Source: Parcubacteria group bacterium M6-OD1-1 (GTDB lineage: Bacteria > Patescibacteriota > Minisyncoccia > GWC2-36-17 > M10-OD1-4). From it: a DNA stretch of 64,000 nucleotides. This document shows, piece by piece, positions 63,077-64,000 of this stretch (position 1 is the stretch's first letter; every line of letters begins with the position of its first letter). The notes under the pieces are model-generated. The model saw only the letters and a list, made by a program, of their open reading frames with translations. It made no database searches and had not been told where the DNA came from. The position numbers and the translations under genes are program-made. The stretch covers positions 2,744-66,743 of the forward strand of contig LSNK01000003.1 of NCBI GenBank assembly GCA_003056085.1, read 5' to 3'.

Positions 63077-63724
63077 TTATTTTAAATAAGCTCTATTTAT
63101 TAGATCTCCTTTTTTTATAGACAAAACTACATCCATTCCATTTATAACTTTGCCAAAAACAGGATGTTTGCTTGCGGAAGGCTCTTTGTCAAAATCAAGA
63201 TAAACATTATCCACTGTGTTTATAAAAAACTGCGACCCGCCTGTATTTGGTCCCGAGTTTGCCATGGAAATTGTTCCTTTTATATTTGAGAGCCCGTCTA
63301 CAAACTCATCTTCAATTGCATATCCCGGACCTCCTGTCCCCCATAAAGCTTCGTTTGATTTATCTTTTGAAATAGGGTCTCCTCCCTGTACCATAAAGTT
63401 GTCAATTACTCTGTGAAATCTGGTGCCGTCATAAAACTTCTCCTCTACCAACTTTTTAAAATTCCCCGCTGTAATCGGCATTTTATCTAAAAATAATTCT
63501 ATTTCAATATTTCCTTTTTCTGTTTCAAAAACAACAGTGGAATTTCCCACTTCACTTTTAGAAACTTGCTTTGGAGCTTCATTGATAACATTTTCTTCTT
63601 TTTTTTGTGAATTCATAAAAAAATATAACCCGCCAATAATTAATATTAATACTAAAAGCCCCAAAATGGACTTTGAATTTGAATTTTCCTGCATTTGATT
63701 TTTAAAGATTAATGATATATTCAT
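63077..63724 (-). CDS. Membrane-anchored cyclophilin-type peptidyl-prolyl isomerase
   Basis: FHRVIDNFMVQGGDP, SMANSGPNTGGSQFFI, HPVFGKV. Confidence 0.95.
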   Translation of the reverse strand: MNISLIFKNQMQENSNSKSILGLLVLILIIGGLYFFMNSQKKEENVINEAPKQVSKSEVGNSTVVFETEKGNIEIELFLDKMPITAGNFKKLVEEKFYDGTRFHRVIDNFMVQGGDPISKDKSNEALWGTGGPGYAIEDEFVDGLSNIKGTISMANSGPNTGGSQFFINTVDNVYLDFDKEPSASKHPVFGKVINGMDVVLSIKKGDLINRAYLK

Positions 63725-63884
63725 CTATATTAGCATACCCAAATTAAGCTTTCAATAAATTTATTTAAATAAGCCTTAAAACACTAACTTTAAGACTCAA
63801 CCGCCAAGTGAGCATTAAGAGGTTTGAATATTTGGCAAAAAGTGATAATATCAATAGACTTACTGCATAATAAAGTCTAAACAT

Positions 63885-64000
63885 ATGGAAAAAGATCAAT
63901 TATACAAAATACGGCATTCTTTAGCGCATCTTCTTGCTATAGCTGTATTGGAGCATGTGTGTCCACTTACCAAAATAGCGATAGGACCCGTCATTGATGA
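63885..64000 (+). CDS. thrS: Threonine--tRNA ligase, N-terminal part (runs off window)
   Basis: MEKDQLYKIRHSLAHLLAIAV..IAIGPVID. Confidence 0.85.
   Translation, partial: MEKDQLYKIRHSLAHLLAIAVLEHVCPLTKIAIGPVID

Overview
AT-rich bacterial chromosome segment read with genetic code 11. Gene content points to a Patescibacteria/CPR (Parcubacteria-like) genome: short IF2, archaeal-type AspRS, VirB2-like pilin array, PaaX/Cas2-like protein and a giant HTH-anchored surface protein. It holds housekeeping genes (infB, rbfA, rplS, trpS, tyrS, aspS, ftsH, rpsA, gyrA, metG, rsmI, murD, thiI, start of thrS), 8 intact tRNAs, a rhamnose/glycosyltransferase cluster and nrdDG. Top candidate for an undescribed system is at the left end: a degenerate F-type ATPase operon (b, delta, alpha, gamma, beta, truncated epsilon) with no subunit a. 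Its first gene fuses a carboxylate-less subunit-c-like hairpin to an extracytoplasmic domain that is also present near the C-terminus of a >2260-aa fibre-like surface protein encoded just downstream (missed by the ORF track). Other signals: a head-to-head Elp3 + Trm9/ALKBH8-like pair; four long perfect palindromes sharing an ACG(GT)CGT apex, one linked to a Cas2/PaaX-like gene; two tRNAs nested within partial copies of themselves; tRNA-Ile(UAU); and a cobalamin-riboswitch nrdDG module bracketed by a 41-bp direct repeat at tRNA-Leu. All family assignments come from motif recognition by eye, not database searches.
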